Source of the DNA: Escherichia coli
GTDB taxonomy: Bacteria > Pseudomonadota > Gammaproteobacteria > Enterobacterales > Enterobacteriaceae
Direction: 5' to 3' (one strand)
DNA length: 64,000 nucleotides
Assembly (NCBI RefSeq): GCF_013122565.1
Contig: NZ_CP053258.1
The notes under the pieces were generated by a model, which was not told the origin of the DNA, made no database searches, and worked only from the letters and a program-made list of their open reading frames with translations. Both the position numbers and the translations under genes were made by a program. Below are positions 26,728 to 43,008 of this stretch, in pieces. Each line of letters begins with the position of its first letter. Position 1 is the stretch's first letter.

Positions 26728-26809
26728 TAAAGATTGATTTTTGTGATGGTTGTCATATTATAAGCGCAAAGACAATAACACCTGTATAACAAATGGTCGG
26801 AGTGCCGCG

Positions 26810-26896
26810 ATGAAACTGCGCAAGATCCTGAAAAGTATGTTCAATAACTATTGCAAGACGTTCAAAGACGTACCGCCTGGCAATATGTTCCGATAA
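26810..26896 (+). CDS. azuC: Small membrane-associated protein AzuC (28 aa)
   Basis: Hand translation of atgaaactgcgcaag...atgttccgataa gives MKLRKILKSMFNNYCKTFKDVPPGNMFR; below the 60-aa cutoff of the ORF track; followed by a terminator. Confidence 0.8.
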   Translation: MKLRKILKSMFNNYCKTFKDVPPGNMFR

Positions 26897-26898
26897 CA

Positions 26899-26927
26899 AA
26901 AAACCTGCTCCGGCAGGTTTTTTTGTG
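26899..26927 (+). terminator. Rho-independent terminator after azuC
   Basis: aaaaaacctgctccggcaggttttttt: hairpin flanked by an A-run and a T-run. Confidence 0.7.
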
Positions 26928-27010
26928 TCCTGATGATGGTGGATGTGACTATCGCTGAAGATGTGAAGCCGCTACTATAACGGCTTTCAAAATGCTATCA
27001 GGAGTTTACG

Positions 27011-27262
27011 ATGTCCCAGCCGCTGAATGCCGATCAGGAACTGGTTTCTGATGTGGTTGCTTGCCAGTTGGTTATCAAACAAATTCTGGATGTTCTCGAT
27101 GTAATCGCGCCCGTTGAAGTTCGCGAAAAAATGTCCAGCCAGCTGAAGAATATCGACTTTACTCACCATCCCGCCGCCGCAGACCCGGTCACCATGCGGG
27201 CAATCCAAAAAGCCATCGCGCTGATTGAACTCAAGTTTACCCCACAGGGCGAATCCCATTAA
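27011..27262 (+). CDS. yecJ: Small protein YecJ (DUF2766)
   Basis: ORF 27011..27262, 83 aa, [21 protein letters not shown]... Confidence 0.85.
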   Translation: MSQPLNADQELVSDVVACQLVIKQILDVLDVIAPVEVREKMSSQLKNIDFTHHPAAADPVTMRAIQKAIALIELKFTPQGESH

Positions 27263-27340
27263 AAAACCGCTGCTTCAAAAAGATGAGGCAGCGGTTTCTC
27301 AAAAACTTCATCGGCGCAATGCATTAGCGCCGATGTATGA

Positions 27341-27844
27341 TCAATGCAGCTGATGCGACACGACATTCAGAACATGTTGGTCGGTCTGCACAGGGCACAT
27401 ACCCGCAAGTTTCGCACTGCGCACCTCTTCAAGAATGGTTTGCAGCAACAGGCCATCATGCTGCTGTTCTTTTTCCAGATCGCGCAGGAAATTGACGGTT
27501 GAATCATCATTCAGTTCTTTCGCTTCATCGGCTAACTGCGCCAGCGTGCTTGAACGTTGCTCGTATTCTTCCATCGTTTTTTGGAACAGTTCTTCCAGAG
27601 AGTTCAGTTTTTCACCGGGAACATCAATGGCTTTAACGATGGGGGTAGCGCCGACACTCTTCATAAAGTTAAACATGCGCATCATTTGGGTCACATTACT
27701 CTGTGCCTGGGCGCGTAGGAAAGTGGCGGTGCCGTTCAGACTCTGTTCAGAACACCAGTTACTCAGGTGAAGGTAGAGATTGGATGCGTAAAACTCGCGG
27801 TTCATTTGAGAGTTGAGTTTGAGAAGCATTCCAGCGGTTGCCAT
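27341..27844 (-). CDS. ftnB: Ferritin-like protein FtnB
   Basis: ORF 27341..27844, 167 aa, [30 protein letters not shown]...; ferritin-like paralogue of ftnA. Confidence 0.9.
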   Translation of the reverse strand: MATAGMLLKLNSQMNREFYASNLYLHLSNWCSEQSLNGTATFLRAQAQSNVTQMMRMFNFMKSVGATPIVKAIDVPGEKLNSLEELFQKTMEEYEQRSSTLAQLADEAKELNDDSTVNFLRDLEKEQQHDGLLLQTILEEVRSAKLAGMCPVQTDQHVLNVVSHQLH

Positions 27845-28640
27845 ACCTAATATCCTTATATCCAGAAGTGGAGAGGTGCAAGATAAATCAAAGCACCATA
27901 ATTACTGTTTGCAGAATAATTCCTTTCTGCCGGTCCGAAATGTGATCGTGGAGTCAATTCTGACGATGATCTGAAATAAGAATAACGTGTGTACGGGTAT
28001 AAGAAAATCCTTAAATCATCAAGTTTATATTTTTTTACATTTCATTGATGAAATCAATGTAACTGCAATGAATTTTAATGATAGTGCTTTTTGTATCTTG
28101 TTGATATCAATCGATAGATTTAAATTCATGATGAAGCAATGATTTTATAAAACGTTTTTTCATTTTTGCGAGATGGCTCGCATTATATGTGTTCTGTTAA
28201 TTAATGAGCCCAGTGATAATTAATGGCGAAATGAATGACGCGCATTTCCCACATCTTTGAGTTGCGGTTATTACGCCATTTCAAAAGCTCAACGTCAGGT
28301 AATGCGGCCTATTGACTGGTTAAAAAGAAGACATCCCGCATGGGTACCAAAGACAACAAGGACTTCCAGGCTAATCTTATGGATTAATCTGCTGTGCACT
28401 CGACAATTTGTCTGACAAATAAGTATTTCCTTATGTCTTTTCCCGCTAAATTTATGCACGTTCTCACTGTAATTCTGCGATGTGATATTGCTCTCCTATG
28501 GAGAATTAATTTCTCGCTAAAACTATGTCAACACGGTCACTTATCTTTTAGTTAAAAGGTAATGCTTTGTTTTCCGATTAATTTAACGAAAGTCATTCGT
28601 TTTTGCCCTACACAAAACGACACTAAAGCTGGAGAGAACC

Positions 28641-29630
28641 ATGCACAAATTTACTAAAGCCCTGGCAGCCATTGGTCTGGCAGCCGTTATGTCACAATCC
28701 GCTATGGCGGAGAACCTGAAGCTCGGTTTCCTGGTGAAGCAACCGGAAGAGCCGTGGTTCCAGACCGAATGGAAGTTTGCCGATAAAGCCGGGAAGGATA
28801 TAGGGTTTGAGGTTATTAAGATTGCCGTGCCGGATGGCGAAAAAACATTGAACGCGATCGACAGCCTGGCTGCCAGTGGCGCAAAAGGTTTCGTTATTTG
28901 TACTCCGGACCCGAAACTCGGCTCTGCCATCGTGGCGAAAGCGCGTGGCTACGATATGAAAGTCATTGCCGTGGATGACCAGTTTGTTAACGCCAAAGGT
29001 AAGCCAATGGATACCGTTCCGTTGGTGATGATGGCTGCGACCAAAATTGGCGAACGTCAGGGCCAGGAACTGTATAAAGAGATGCAGAAACGGGGCTGGG
29101 ATGTCAAAGAAAGCGCGGTGATGGCGATTACCTCCAACGAACTGGATACGGCTCGTCGCCGTACTACGGGGTCTATGGATGCGCTGAAAGCTGCCGGATT
29201 CCCGGAAAAACAAATTTATCAGGTACCTACCAAATCTAACGACATCCCGGGGGCATTTGACGCTGCCAACTCAATGCTGGTTCAACATCCGGAAGTTAAA
29301 CATTGGCTGATCGTCGGTATGAACGACAGCACCGTACTGGGCGGCGTACGTGCAACCGAAGGTCAGGGCTTTAAAGCGGCCGATATCATCGGTATCGGTA
29401 TTAACGGTGTGGACGCAGTAAGCGAACTGTCTAAGGCACAGGCAACCGGCTTCTACGGTTCCCTGCTGCCAAGCCCGGATGTACATGGTTATAAGTCCAG
29501 CGAAATGCTTTACAACTGGGTAGCAAAAGGTGTTGAACCGACCAAATTCACCGAAGTTACCGACGTGGTGCTGATCACGCGTGACAACTTTAAAGAAGAA
29601 CTGGAGAAAAAAGGTTTAGGCGGTAAGTAA
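28641..29630 (+). CDS. araF: L-arabinose ABC transporter periplasmic binding protein AraF
   Basis: ORF 28641..29630, 329 aa, MHKFTKALAAIGLAAVMSQSAMAENLKLGFLVKQPEEPWF... Confidence 0.95.
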   Translation: MHKFTKALAAIGLAAVMSQSAMAENLKLGFLVKQPEEPWFQTEWKFADKAGKDIGFEVIKIAVPDGEKTLNAIDSLAASGAKGFVICTPDPKLGSAIVAKARGYDMKVIAVDDQFVNAKGKPMDTVPLVMMAATKIGERQGQELYKEMQKRGWDVKESAVMAITSNELDTARRRTTGSMDALKAAGFPEKQIYQVPTKSNDIPGAFDAANSMLVQHPEVKHWLIVGMNDSTVLGGVRATEGQGFKAADIIGIGINGVDAVSELSKAQATGFYGSLLPSPDVHGYKSSEMLYNWVAKGVEPTKFTEVTDVVLITRDNFKEELEKKGLGGK

Positions 29631-29645
29631 TTTGCCGGAAAAATT

Positions 29646-29668
29646 CCCCTCTGCATGATGCAGAGGGG
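29646..29668 (+). other. Intercistronic palindromic hairpin between araF and araG
   Basis: cccctctgcatgatgcagagggg is a near-perfect palindrome right after the araF stop; likely mRNA stability or partial termination element. Confidence 0.45.
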
Positions 29669-29699
29669 GTGTGAACGACCAGTGATTCACGGAGACGTT

Positions 29700-31214
29700 A
29701 TGCAACAGTCTACCCCGTATCTCTCATTTCGCGGCATCGGTAAAACGTTTCCCGGCGTTAAGGCGCTGACGGATATTAGTTTTGACTGCTATGCCGGTCA
29801 GGTTCATGCGTTGATGGGTGAAAATGGCGCAGGAAAATCAACTCTCTTAAAAATCCTCAGCGGCAACTATGCGCCAACCACGGGTTCTGTAGTGATTAAT
29901 GGGCAGGAAATGTCCTTTTCCGACACGACCGCAGCACTTAACGCGGGCGTGGCGATTATTTACCAGGAACTGCATCTCGTGCCGGAAATGACCGTCGCGG
30001 AAAACATCTATCTCGGCCAGCTGCCGCATAAAGGCGGCATTGTGAATCGCTCATTGCTGAATTATGAGGCGGGTTTACAACTTAAACATCTTGGTATGGA
30101 TATTGACCCGGACACGCCGCTGAAATATCTCTCCATTGGTCAGTGGCAGATGGTTGAAATCGCCAAAGCGCTGGCGCGTAACGCCAAAATTATCGCCTTT
30201 GATGAGCCAACCAGCTCCCTCTCTGCCCGTGAAATCGACAATCTTTTCCGCGTTATTCGTGAACTGCGAAAAGAGGGGCGGGTGATCTTATACGTTTCTC
30301 ACCGTATGGAAGAAATATTTGCCCTCAGCGATGCCATCACTGTCTTTAAAGATGGACGTTATGTCAAAACCTTTACCGATATGCAGCAGGTTGACCACGA
30401 CGCGCTGGTGCAGGCGATGGTCGGGCGCGACATTGGCGATATCTACGGCTGGCAACCGCGTAGTTATGGCGAGGAGCGCCTGCGTCTTGATGCTGTGAAA
30501 GCACCAGGCGTGCGTACGCCAATAAGTCTGGCGGTTCGCAGTGGTGAAATTGTTGGGCTGTTTGGTCTGGTAGGGGCGGGGCGTAGCGAATTAATGAAAG
30601 GCATGTTTGGCGGGACGCAAATAACCGCCGGTCAGGTTTATATCGACCAACAGCCGATCGATATTCGTAAACCGAGCCACGCCATTGCCGCAGGCATGAT
30701 GCTCTGCCCGGAAGATCGCAAAGCGGAAGGCATTATTCCCGTGCACTCCGTTCGCGACAATATCAACATCAGTGCCAGACGTAAACATGTGCTCGGCGGT
30801 TGTGTAATCAACAACGGTTGGGAAGAAAACAATGCCGATCACCACATTCGTTCTCTCAACATCAAAACGCCGGGCGCTGAGCAACTGATCATGAATCTCT
30901 CAGGCGGAAATCAGCAAAAAGCCATTCTGGGCCGCTGGTTATCGGAAGAGATGAAGGTCATTTTGCTGGATGAACCTACGCGCGGCATTGATGTTGGTGC
31001 TAAGCATGAAATTTACAACGTGATTTATGCGCTGGCGGCGCAGGGTGTGGCGGTGCTGTTTGCCTCCAGCGACTTACCTGAAGTCCTCGGCGTTGCCGAC
31101 CGGATTGTGGTGATGCGGGAAGGTGAAATCGCCGGTGAATTGTTACACGAGCAGGCAGATGAGCGTCAGGCACTGAGCCTTGCGATGCCTAAAGTCAGCC
31201 AGGCAGTTGCCTGA
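29700..31214 (+). CDS. araG: L-arabinose ABC transporter ATP-binding protein AraG
   Basis: ORF 29655..31214 trimmed to [23 protein letters not shown]... at 29700, 504 aa; duplicated ABC cassette (GENGAGKST ... LSGGNQQK). Confidence 0.9.
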
Positions 31215-31228
31215 GTAAGGAGAGTATG

Positions 31229-34581
<3,353 letters not shown>

Positions 34582-34587
34582 GAGCGG

Positions 34588-35016
34588 TTAATCTCCCGTA
34601 AGTGGAACTAACAGCACATCGACCTCACTTGAGGCAATCACTCTTTTCGCCGAGCAGGATGCTCGCGAAAAGAAACTGTGATTGTGATTACCGCAAATCA
34701 CCAAATCGAAATGATATTTGCGACAAACTTCCAGAATATGTTCGCTTAACTCACCGTAGGCAATAAACGTCTTGTCAACGGGATACCCCGCATCCTGAAT
34801 TAACTTATCAAGAAAGCTTTGCGTTTCTTCTTGCATCACGCTGCGTAAATCTTCAAGCATCGGCGCGGCTAATTGATTGTACATTTCCGGATCGGAAGCG
34901 AGAGTAATTAAACTGATGTGTCCCTTTACTGGCCTGGCGATAGATACCGCTTTTGCCAGCAGTTGCTGACTTTCCGGTGTAACCGCAACAGCGACAAGAA
35001 TATTGCTATAGCTCAT
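34588..35016 (-). CDS. uspC: Universal stress protein UspC
   Basis: ORF 34588..35016, 142 aa, MSYSNILVAVAVTPESQQLLAKAVSIARP... Confidence 0.9.
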   Translation of the reverse strand: MSYSNILVAVAVTPESQQLLAKAVSIARPVKGHISLITLASDPEMYNQLAAPMLEDLRSVMQEETQSFLDKLIQDAGYPVDKTFIAYGELSEHILEVCRKYHFDLVICGNHNHSFFSRASCSAKRVIASSEVDVLLVPLTGD

Positions 35017-35518
35017 AACCTGTTCCTTATTCTGTGAACTTCAGGTGACATTAAAGCTTTACTCCTAATGGAGAAACGACGCAATCCCAACTCAGTCAAA
35101 CAGGTAAATATTAGTCTGATTATTAGTAAAGACAATTAAACAATTGCTTCCGGTGATCATATGATTTCAAATGTAATTATAAGAAAATAGTGTACTGATT
35201 CTCCGCATTAAACAAGTGGTTAATATATGTAAAACATTTTATTAACATTAAGTTGATTGTTGCCTTTCTTTGTATTTAATCAGTTTGTTGTGCGGTAAGT
35301 GTCTGTTTAAAAATAGCTTATCTGGTATTGCATGAAAGTGATTATTTATAGCAGATGATTATTTACGGTGAGTTATTTTAACTGTGCGCAACATCCCATT
35401 TCGATTATTCCTGTTTCATTTTTGCTTGCTAGCGTTGCGAAAAACTTTTTAACAGATTGAAATACACCCAAAACAAAAGTATGACTTATACATTTATGTT
35501 AATTAATTGAGTGTTTTG

Positions 35519-35534
35519 TGTGATCTACATCACA
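35519..35534. promoter_or_regulatory. CRP binding site in the flhDC promoter region
   Basis: tgtgatctacatcaca is a perfect TGTGA-N6-TCACA; it lies ~270 bp upstream of the flhD start, consistent with the known CRP-activated flhDC promoter and its long 5'UTR. Confidence 0.65.
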
Positions 35535-35795
35535 CATTATTGAAAATCGGAGCCCCCCTCCGTTGTATGTGCGTGTAGTGACGAGTACAGTTGCGTCGAT
35601 TTAGGAAAAATCTTAGATAAGTGTAAAGACCCCTTTCTATTTGTAAGGACTTATTAAACCAAAAAGGTGGTTCTGCTTATTGCAGCTTATCGCAACTATT
35701 CTAATGCTAATTATTTTTTACCGGGGCTTCCCGGCGACATCACGGGGTGCGGTTAGACCGCATAAAAATAAAGTTGGTTATTCTGGGTGGGAATA

Positions 35796-36146
35796 ATGCA
35801 TACCTCCGAGTTGCTGAAACACATTTATGACATCAACTTGTCATATTTACTACTTGCACAGCGTCTGATTGTTCAGGACAAAGCGTCCGCTATGTTTCGT
35901 CTCGGCATAAATGAAGAAATGGCGACAACGTTAGCGGCACTGACTCTTCCGCAAATGGTTAAGCTGGCAGAAACCAATCAACTGGTTTGTCACTTCCGTT
36001 TTGACAGCCACCAGGCGATTACTCAGTTGACGCAAGATTCCCGCGTTGACGATCTCCAGCAAATTCATACCGGCATCATGCTCTCAACACGCTTGCTGAA
36101 TGATGTTAATCAGCCTGAAGAAGCGCTGCGCAAGAAAAGGGCCTGA
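35796..36146 (+). CDS. flhD: Flagellar master regulator subunit FlhD
   Basis: ORF 35787..36146 (GTG at 35787; ATG at 35796 gives [30 protein letters not shown]..., 116 aa). Confidence 0.9.
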   Translation: MHTSELLKHIYDINLSYLLLAQRLIVQDKASAMFRLGINEEMATTLAALTLPQMVKLAETNQLVCHFRFDSHQAITQLTQDSRVDDLQQIHTGIMLSTRLLNDVNQPEEALRKKRA

Positions 36147-36148
36147 TC

Positions 36149-36727
36149 ATGAGTGAAAAAAGCATTGTTCAGGAAGCGCGGGATATTCAGCTGGCAATGG
36201 AATTGATCACCCTGGGCGCTCGTTTGCAGATGCTGGAAAGCGAAACACAGTTAAGTCGCGGACGCCTGATAAAACTCTATAAAGAACTGCGCGGAAGCCC
36301 ACCGCCGAAAGGCATGCTGCCATTCTCAACCGACTGGTTTATGACCTGGGAACAAAACGTTCATGCTTCGATGTTCTGTAACGCATGGCAGTTTTTACTG
36401 AAAACAGGCTTGTGTAATGGCGTCGATGCAGTGATCAAAGCCTACCGTTTATACCTTGAACAGTGCCCGCAAGCAGAAGACGGACCGCTGCTGGCATTAA
36501 CCCGTGCCTGGACATTGGTGCGGTTTGTTGAAAGTGGATTACTGCAACTTTCCAGCTGCAACTGCTGCGGCGGCAATTTTATTACCCACGCTCACCAGCC
36601 TGTTGGCAGCTTTGCCTGCAGCTTATGTCAACCGCCATCCCGGGCAGTAAAAAGACGTAAACTTTCCCAGAATCCTGCCGATATTATCCCACAACTGCTG
36701 GATGAACAGAGAGTACAGGCTGTTTAA
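36149..36727 (+). CDS. flhC: Flagellar master regulator subunit FlhC
   Basis: ORF 36149..36727, 192 aa, [27 protein letters not shown]...; zinc-binding cysteines near the C-terminus. Confidence 0.95.
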   Translation: MSEKSIVQEARDIQLAMELITLGARLQMLESETQLSRGRLIKLYKELRGSPPPKGMLPFSTDWFMTWEQNVHASMFCNAWQFLLKTGLCNGVDAVIKAYRLYLEQCPQAEDGPLLALTRAWTLVRFVESGLLQLSSCNCCGGNFITHAHQPVGSFACSLCQPPSRAVKRRKLSQNPADIIPQLLDEQRVQAV

Positions 36728-36751
36728 CTGATACGGTGTGGCGCAACATTC

Positions 36752-36786
36752 CAGCAGCGGTAACGACGTACCGCTGCTTTTTTTTG
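36752..36786 (+). terminator. Rho-independent terminator after flhC
   Basis: Hairpin cagcagcggtaacgacgtaccgctgc followed by tttttttt. Confidence 0.65.
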
Positions 36787-36853
36787 CCCCAATCGCGCGT
36801 TAACGCCTGACGACTGAACATCCTGTCATGGTCAACAGTGGAAGGATGATGTC

Positions 36854-37737
36854 GTGCTTATCTTATTAGGTTACCTGGTTGTTCTCGGTACAGTTTTCGG
36901 CGGTTATTTGATGACCGGTGGAAGCCTTGGAGCACTCTATCAACCCGCTGAACTGGTGATTATTGCCGGTGCAGGGATTGGGTCGTTTATCGTCGGCAAT
37001 AATGGCAAAGCGATTAAAGGCACGCTGAAGACGCTGCCGTTGCTGTTTCGTCGCTCCAAATACACCAAAGCAATGTATATGGATCTGCTGGCTCTGCTTT
37101 ATCGGTTGATGGCGAAATCGCGGCAGATGGGGATGTTTTCGCTGGAACGTGATATTGAAAATCCCCGTGAGAGCGAGATCTTCGCCAGCTACCCACGCAT
37201 CCTTGCGGATAGCGTCATGCTTGATTTTATCGTCGATTATCTGCGTCTGATTATCAGCGGTCACATGAACACCTTCGAAATCGAAGCCCTGATGGATGAA
37301 GAGATTGAGACGCACGAAAGCGAGGCAGAAGTCCCGGCGAACAGTCTGGCGCTGGTCGGGGACTCACTTCCGGCGTTTGGTATTGTCGCGGCTGTAATGG
37401 GGGTCGTTCACGCGTTAGGTTCAGCCGATCGTCCTGCCGCCGAGCTGGGGGCGCTTATCGCACATGCGATGGTGGGGACTTTCCTCGGCATTTTATTGGC
37501 TTACGGATTTATTTCCCCATTAGCAAGTGTTTTACGTCAGAAAAGCGCCGAAACCAGCAAAATGATGCAGTGCGTCAAAGTCACACTGCTTTCTAATCTG
37601 AACGGTTACGCACCGCCTATCGCCGTTGAGTTTGGTCGCAAAACGCTCTATTCCAGCGAACGTCCGTCGTTTATTGAACTGGAAGAGCATGTGCGTGCGG
37701 TGAAAAATCCGCAACAACAGACGACAACCGAGGAAGC

Positions 37738-37741
<4 letters not shown>
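36854..37741 (+). CDS. motA: Flagellar motor stator protein MotA
   Basis: ORF 36854..37741, 295 aa, [30 protein letters not shown]... Confidence 0.95.
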
Positions 37742-40633
<2,892 letters not shown>

Positions 40634-40653
40634 ATGAGTAAAAAGGTAACAAT

Positions 40654-41157
40654 ATGACCGGTATGACGAATGTAACAAAGCTGGCCAGCGAGCCGTCAGG
40701 CCAGGAATTTCTGGTATTTACCCTTGGTGATGAAGAGTACGGTATTGATATCCTGAAAGTGCAGGAGATCCGTGGCTACGATCAGGTAACACGGATTGCG
40801 AACACGCCAGCGTTTATCAAAGGCGTCACGAATCTGCGCGGCGTTATTGTGCCGATTGTTGACTTACGAATTAAGTTCAGCCAGGTGGATGTGGACTATA
40901 ACGACAACACGGTAGTTATCGTCCTGAATCTCGGACAGCGGGTGGTCGGCATCGTGGTTGACGGCGTTTCAGACGTGCTTTCATTGACGGCGGAGCAAAT
41001 TCGTCCGGCACCAGAGTTTGCCGTGACGCTTTCAACAGAATATCTCACTGGACTGGGCGCACTGGGCGACCGGATGTTGATTCTGGTGAACATCGAAAAA
41101 CTGCTGAACAGCGAAGAGATGGCGCTGTTAGATAGCGCGGCGTCAGAAGTGGCGTAA
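40654..41157 (+). CDS. cheW: Chemotaxis coupling protein CheW
   Basis: ORF 40654..41157, 167 aa, [33 protein letters not shown]... Confidence 0.95.
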
Positions 41158-41183
41158 TTCTCCCGATTTCCTCAATTGAAATG

Positions 41184-41213
41184 AACCCGATGATCTGCGC
41201 ATCGGGTTTTTTA
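41184..41213 (+). terminator. Rho-independent terminator after cheW
   Basis: Hairpin cccgatgatctgcgcatcggg followed by ttttttatttc. Confidence 0.65.
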
Positions 41214-41243
41214 TTTCAATTTCGCGGCGGGTGGCATCAGCAA

Positions 41244-41270
41244 TAAAGTTTCCCCCCTTCTTGCCGATAA
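41244..41270 (+). promoter_or_regulatory. sigma-28 class 3 promoter of the tar-tap-cheRBYZ operon
   Basis: taaagttt-N11-gccgataa: exact match to both halves of the sigma-28 consensus with 11-nt spacer, ~30 nt upstream of tar. Confidence 0.78.
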
Positions 41271-41301
41271 CGAGATTAACTTGTTTTCAGGAAGGTGCCT
41301 T

Positions 41302-42963
41302 ATGATTAACCGTATCCGCGTAGTCACGCTGTTGGTAATGGTGCTGGGGGTATTCGCACTGTTACAGCTTATTTCCGGCAGTCTGTTTTTTTCTTCCCTT
41401 CACCATAGCCAGAAGAGCTTTGTGGTTTCCAATCAATTACGGGAACAGCAGGGCGAGCTGACGTCAACCTGGGATTTAATGCTGCAAACGCGCATTAACC
41501 TGAGTCGTTCAGCGGTGCGGATGATGATGGATTCCTCCAATCAACAAAGTAACGCCAAAGTTGAATTGCTCGATAGCGCCAGGAAAACATTGGCCCAGGC
41601 CGCGACTCATTATAAAAAATTCAAAAGCATGGCACCGTTACCTGAAATGGTCGCTACCAGTCGTAATATTGATGAAAAATATAAAAACTATCACACAGCG
41701 TTAACTGAACTGATTGATTATCTTGATTATGGCAATACTGGAGCTTATTTCGCTCAGCCAACCCAGGGAATGCAAAATGCAATGGGCGAAGCGTTTGCTC
41801 AGTACGCCCTCAGCAGTGAAAAACTGTATCGCGATATCGTCACTGACAACGCAGATGATTACCGATTTGCCCAGTGGCAACTGGCGGTTATCGCGCTGGT
41901 GGTGGTATTGATTCTGCTGGTGGCGTGGTACGGCATTCGTCGTATGTTGCTTACACCGCTGGCAAAAATTATTGCGCATATTCGCGAAATCGCCGGTGGT
42001 AACCTGGCGAATACTCTGACCATTGACGGACGCAGTGAAATGGGCGACCTGGCGCAGAGCGTTTCACATATGCAACGCTCTTTGACTGACACCGTCACTC
42101 ATGTGCGTGAAGGTTCAGATGCCATCTATGCCGGTACCCGTGAAATTGCGGCGGGCAACACCGATCTTTCCTCCCGTACGGAACAGCAGGCATCGGCGCT
42201 GGAAGAAACTGCCGCCAGCATGGAGCAGCTCACCGCAACAGTGAAGCAAAACGCCGATAACGCCCGCCAGGCCTCGCAACTGGCGCAAAGTGCCTCCGAC
42301 ACCGCCCAGCATGGCGGCAAAGTAGTGGATGGCGTAGTGAAAACGATGCATGAGATCGCCGATAGTTCGAAGAAAATCGCCGACATTATCAGCGTTATCG
42401 ACGGTATTGCCTTCCAGACTAATATCCTCGCGCTGAATGCCGCTGTTGAAGCCGCGCGAGCGGGTGAACAGGGCCGTGGTTTTGCCGTGGTGGCGGGCGA
42501 AGTGCGTAATCTTGCCAGCCGCAGCGCCCAGGCGGCAAAAGAGATCAAAGCCCTCATTGAAGACTCCGTCTCGCGCGTTGATACCGGTTCGGTGCTGGTC
42601 GAAAGCGCCGGGGAAACAATGAACAATATCGTCAATGCTGTCACTCGCGTGACTGACATTATGGGCGAGATTGCATCGGCATCGGATGAACAGAGCCGTG
42701 GCATCGATCAAGTCGCATTGGCGGTTTCGGAAATGGATCGCGTCACGCAACAGAACGCATCGCTGGTGCAGGAATCAGCTGCCGCCGCAGCTGCGCTGGA
42801 AGAACAGGCCAGTCGTTTAACGCAAGCGGTTTCCGCGTTTCGTCTGGCAGCCAGCCCACTCACCAATAAACCGCAAACACCATCCCGTCCTGCCAGTGAG
42901 CAACCACCGGCACAGCCACGACTGCGAATTGCTGAACAAGATCCAAACTGGGAAACATTTTGA
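41302..42963 (+). CDS. tar: Methyl-accepting chemotaxis protein II, Tar (aspartate/maltose)
   Basis: ORF 41281..42963 trimmed to [22 protein letters not shown]... at 41302, 553 aa; C-terminal NWETF pentapeptide (CheR/CheB tether). Confidence 0.92.
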   Translation: MINRIRVVTLLVMVLGVFALLQLISGSLFFSSLHHSQKSFVVSNQLREQQGELTSTWDLMLQTRINLSRSAVRMMMDSSNQQSNAKVELLDSARKTLAQAATHYKKFKSMAPLPEMVATSRNIDEKYKNYHTALTELIDYLDYGNTGAYFAQPTQGMQNAMGEAFAQYALSSEKLYRDIVTDNADDYRFAQWQLAVIALVVVLILLVAWYGIRRMLLTPLAKIIAHIREIAGGNLANTLTIDGRSEMGDLAQSVSHMQRSLTDTVTHVREGSDAIYAGTREIAAGNTDLSSRTEQQASALEETAASMEQLTATVKQNADNARQASQLAQSASDTAQHGGKVVDGVVKTMHEIADSSKKIADIISVIDGIAFQTNILALNAAVEAARAGEQGRGFAVVAGEVRNLASRSAQAAKEIKALIEDSVSRVDTGSVLVESAGETMNNIVNAVTRVTDIMGEIASASDEQSRGIDQVALAVSEMDRVTQQNASLVQESAAAAAALEEQASRLTQAVSAFRLAASPLTNKPQTPSRPASEQPPAQPRLRIAEQDPNWETF

Positions 42964-43008
42964 TGAGTATTTACTAACGCGGTCATTGCCGCCTGATGGG
43001 GAGCGTTG

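Noticed and set aside
35017-35795. Possible insertion sequence upstream of flhD
   Set aside because: No transposase-like ORF or terminal inverted repeats; the region length is consistent with an uninterrupted promoter.
36728-36853. sigma-28 promoter for motA
   Set aside because: A class 3 promoter is expected here, but I could not find a convincing TAAAGTTT-N11-GCCGATAA match by eye, so no coordinates are reported.
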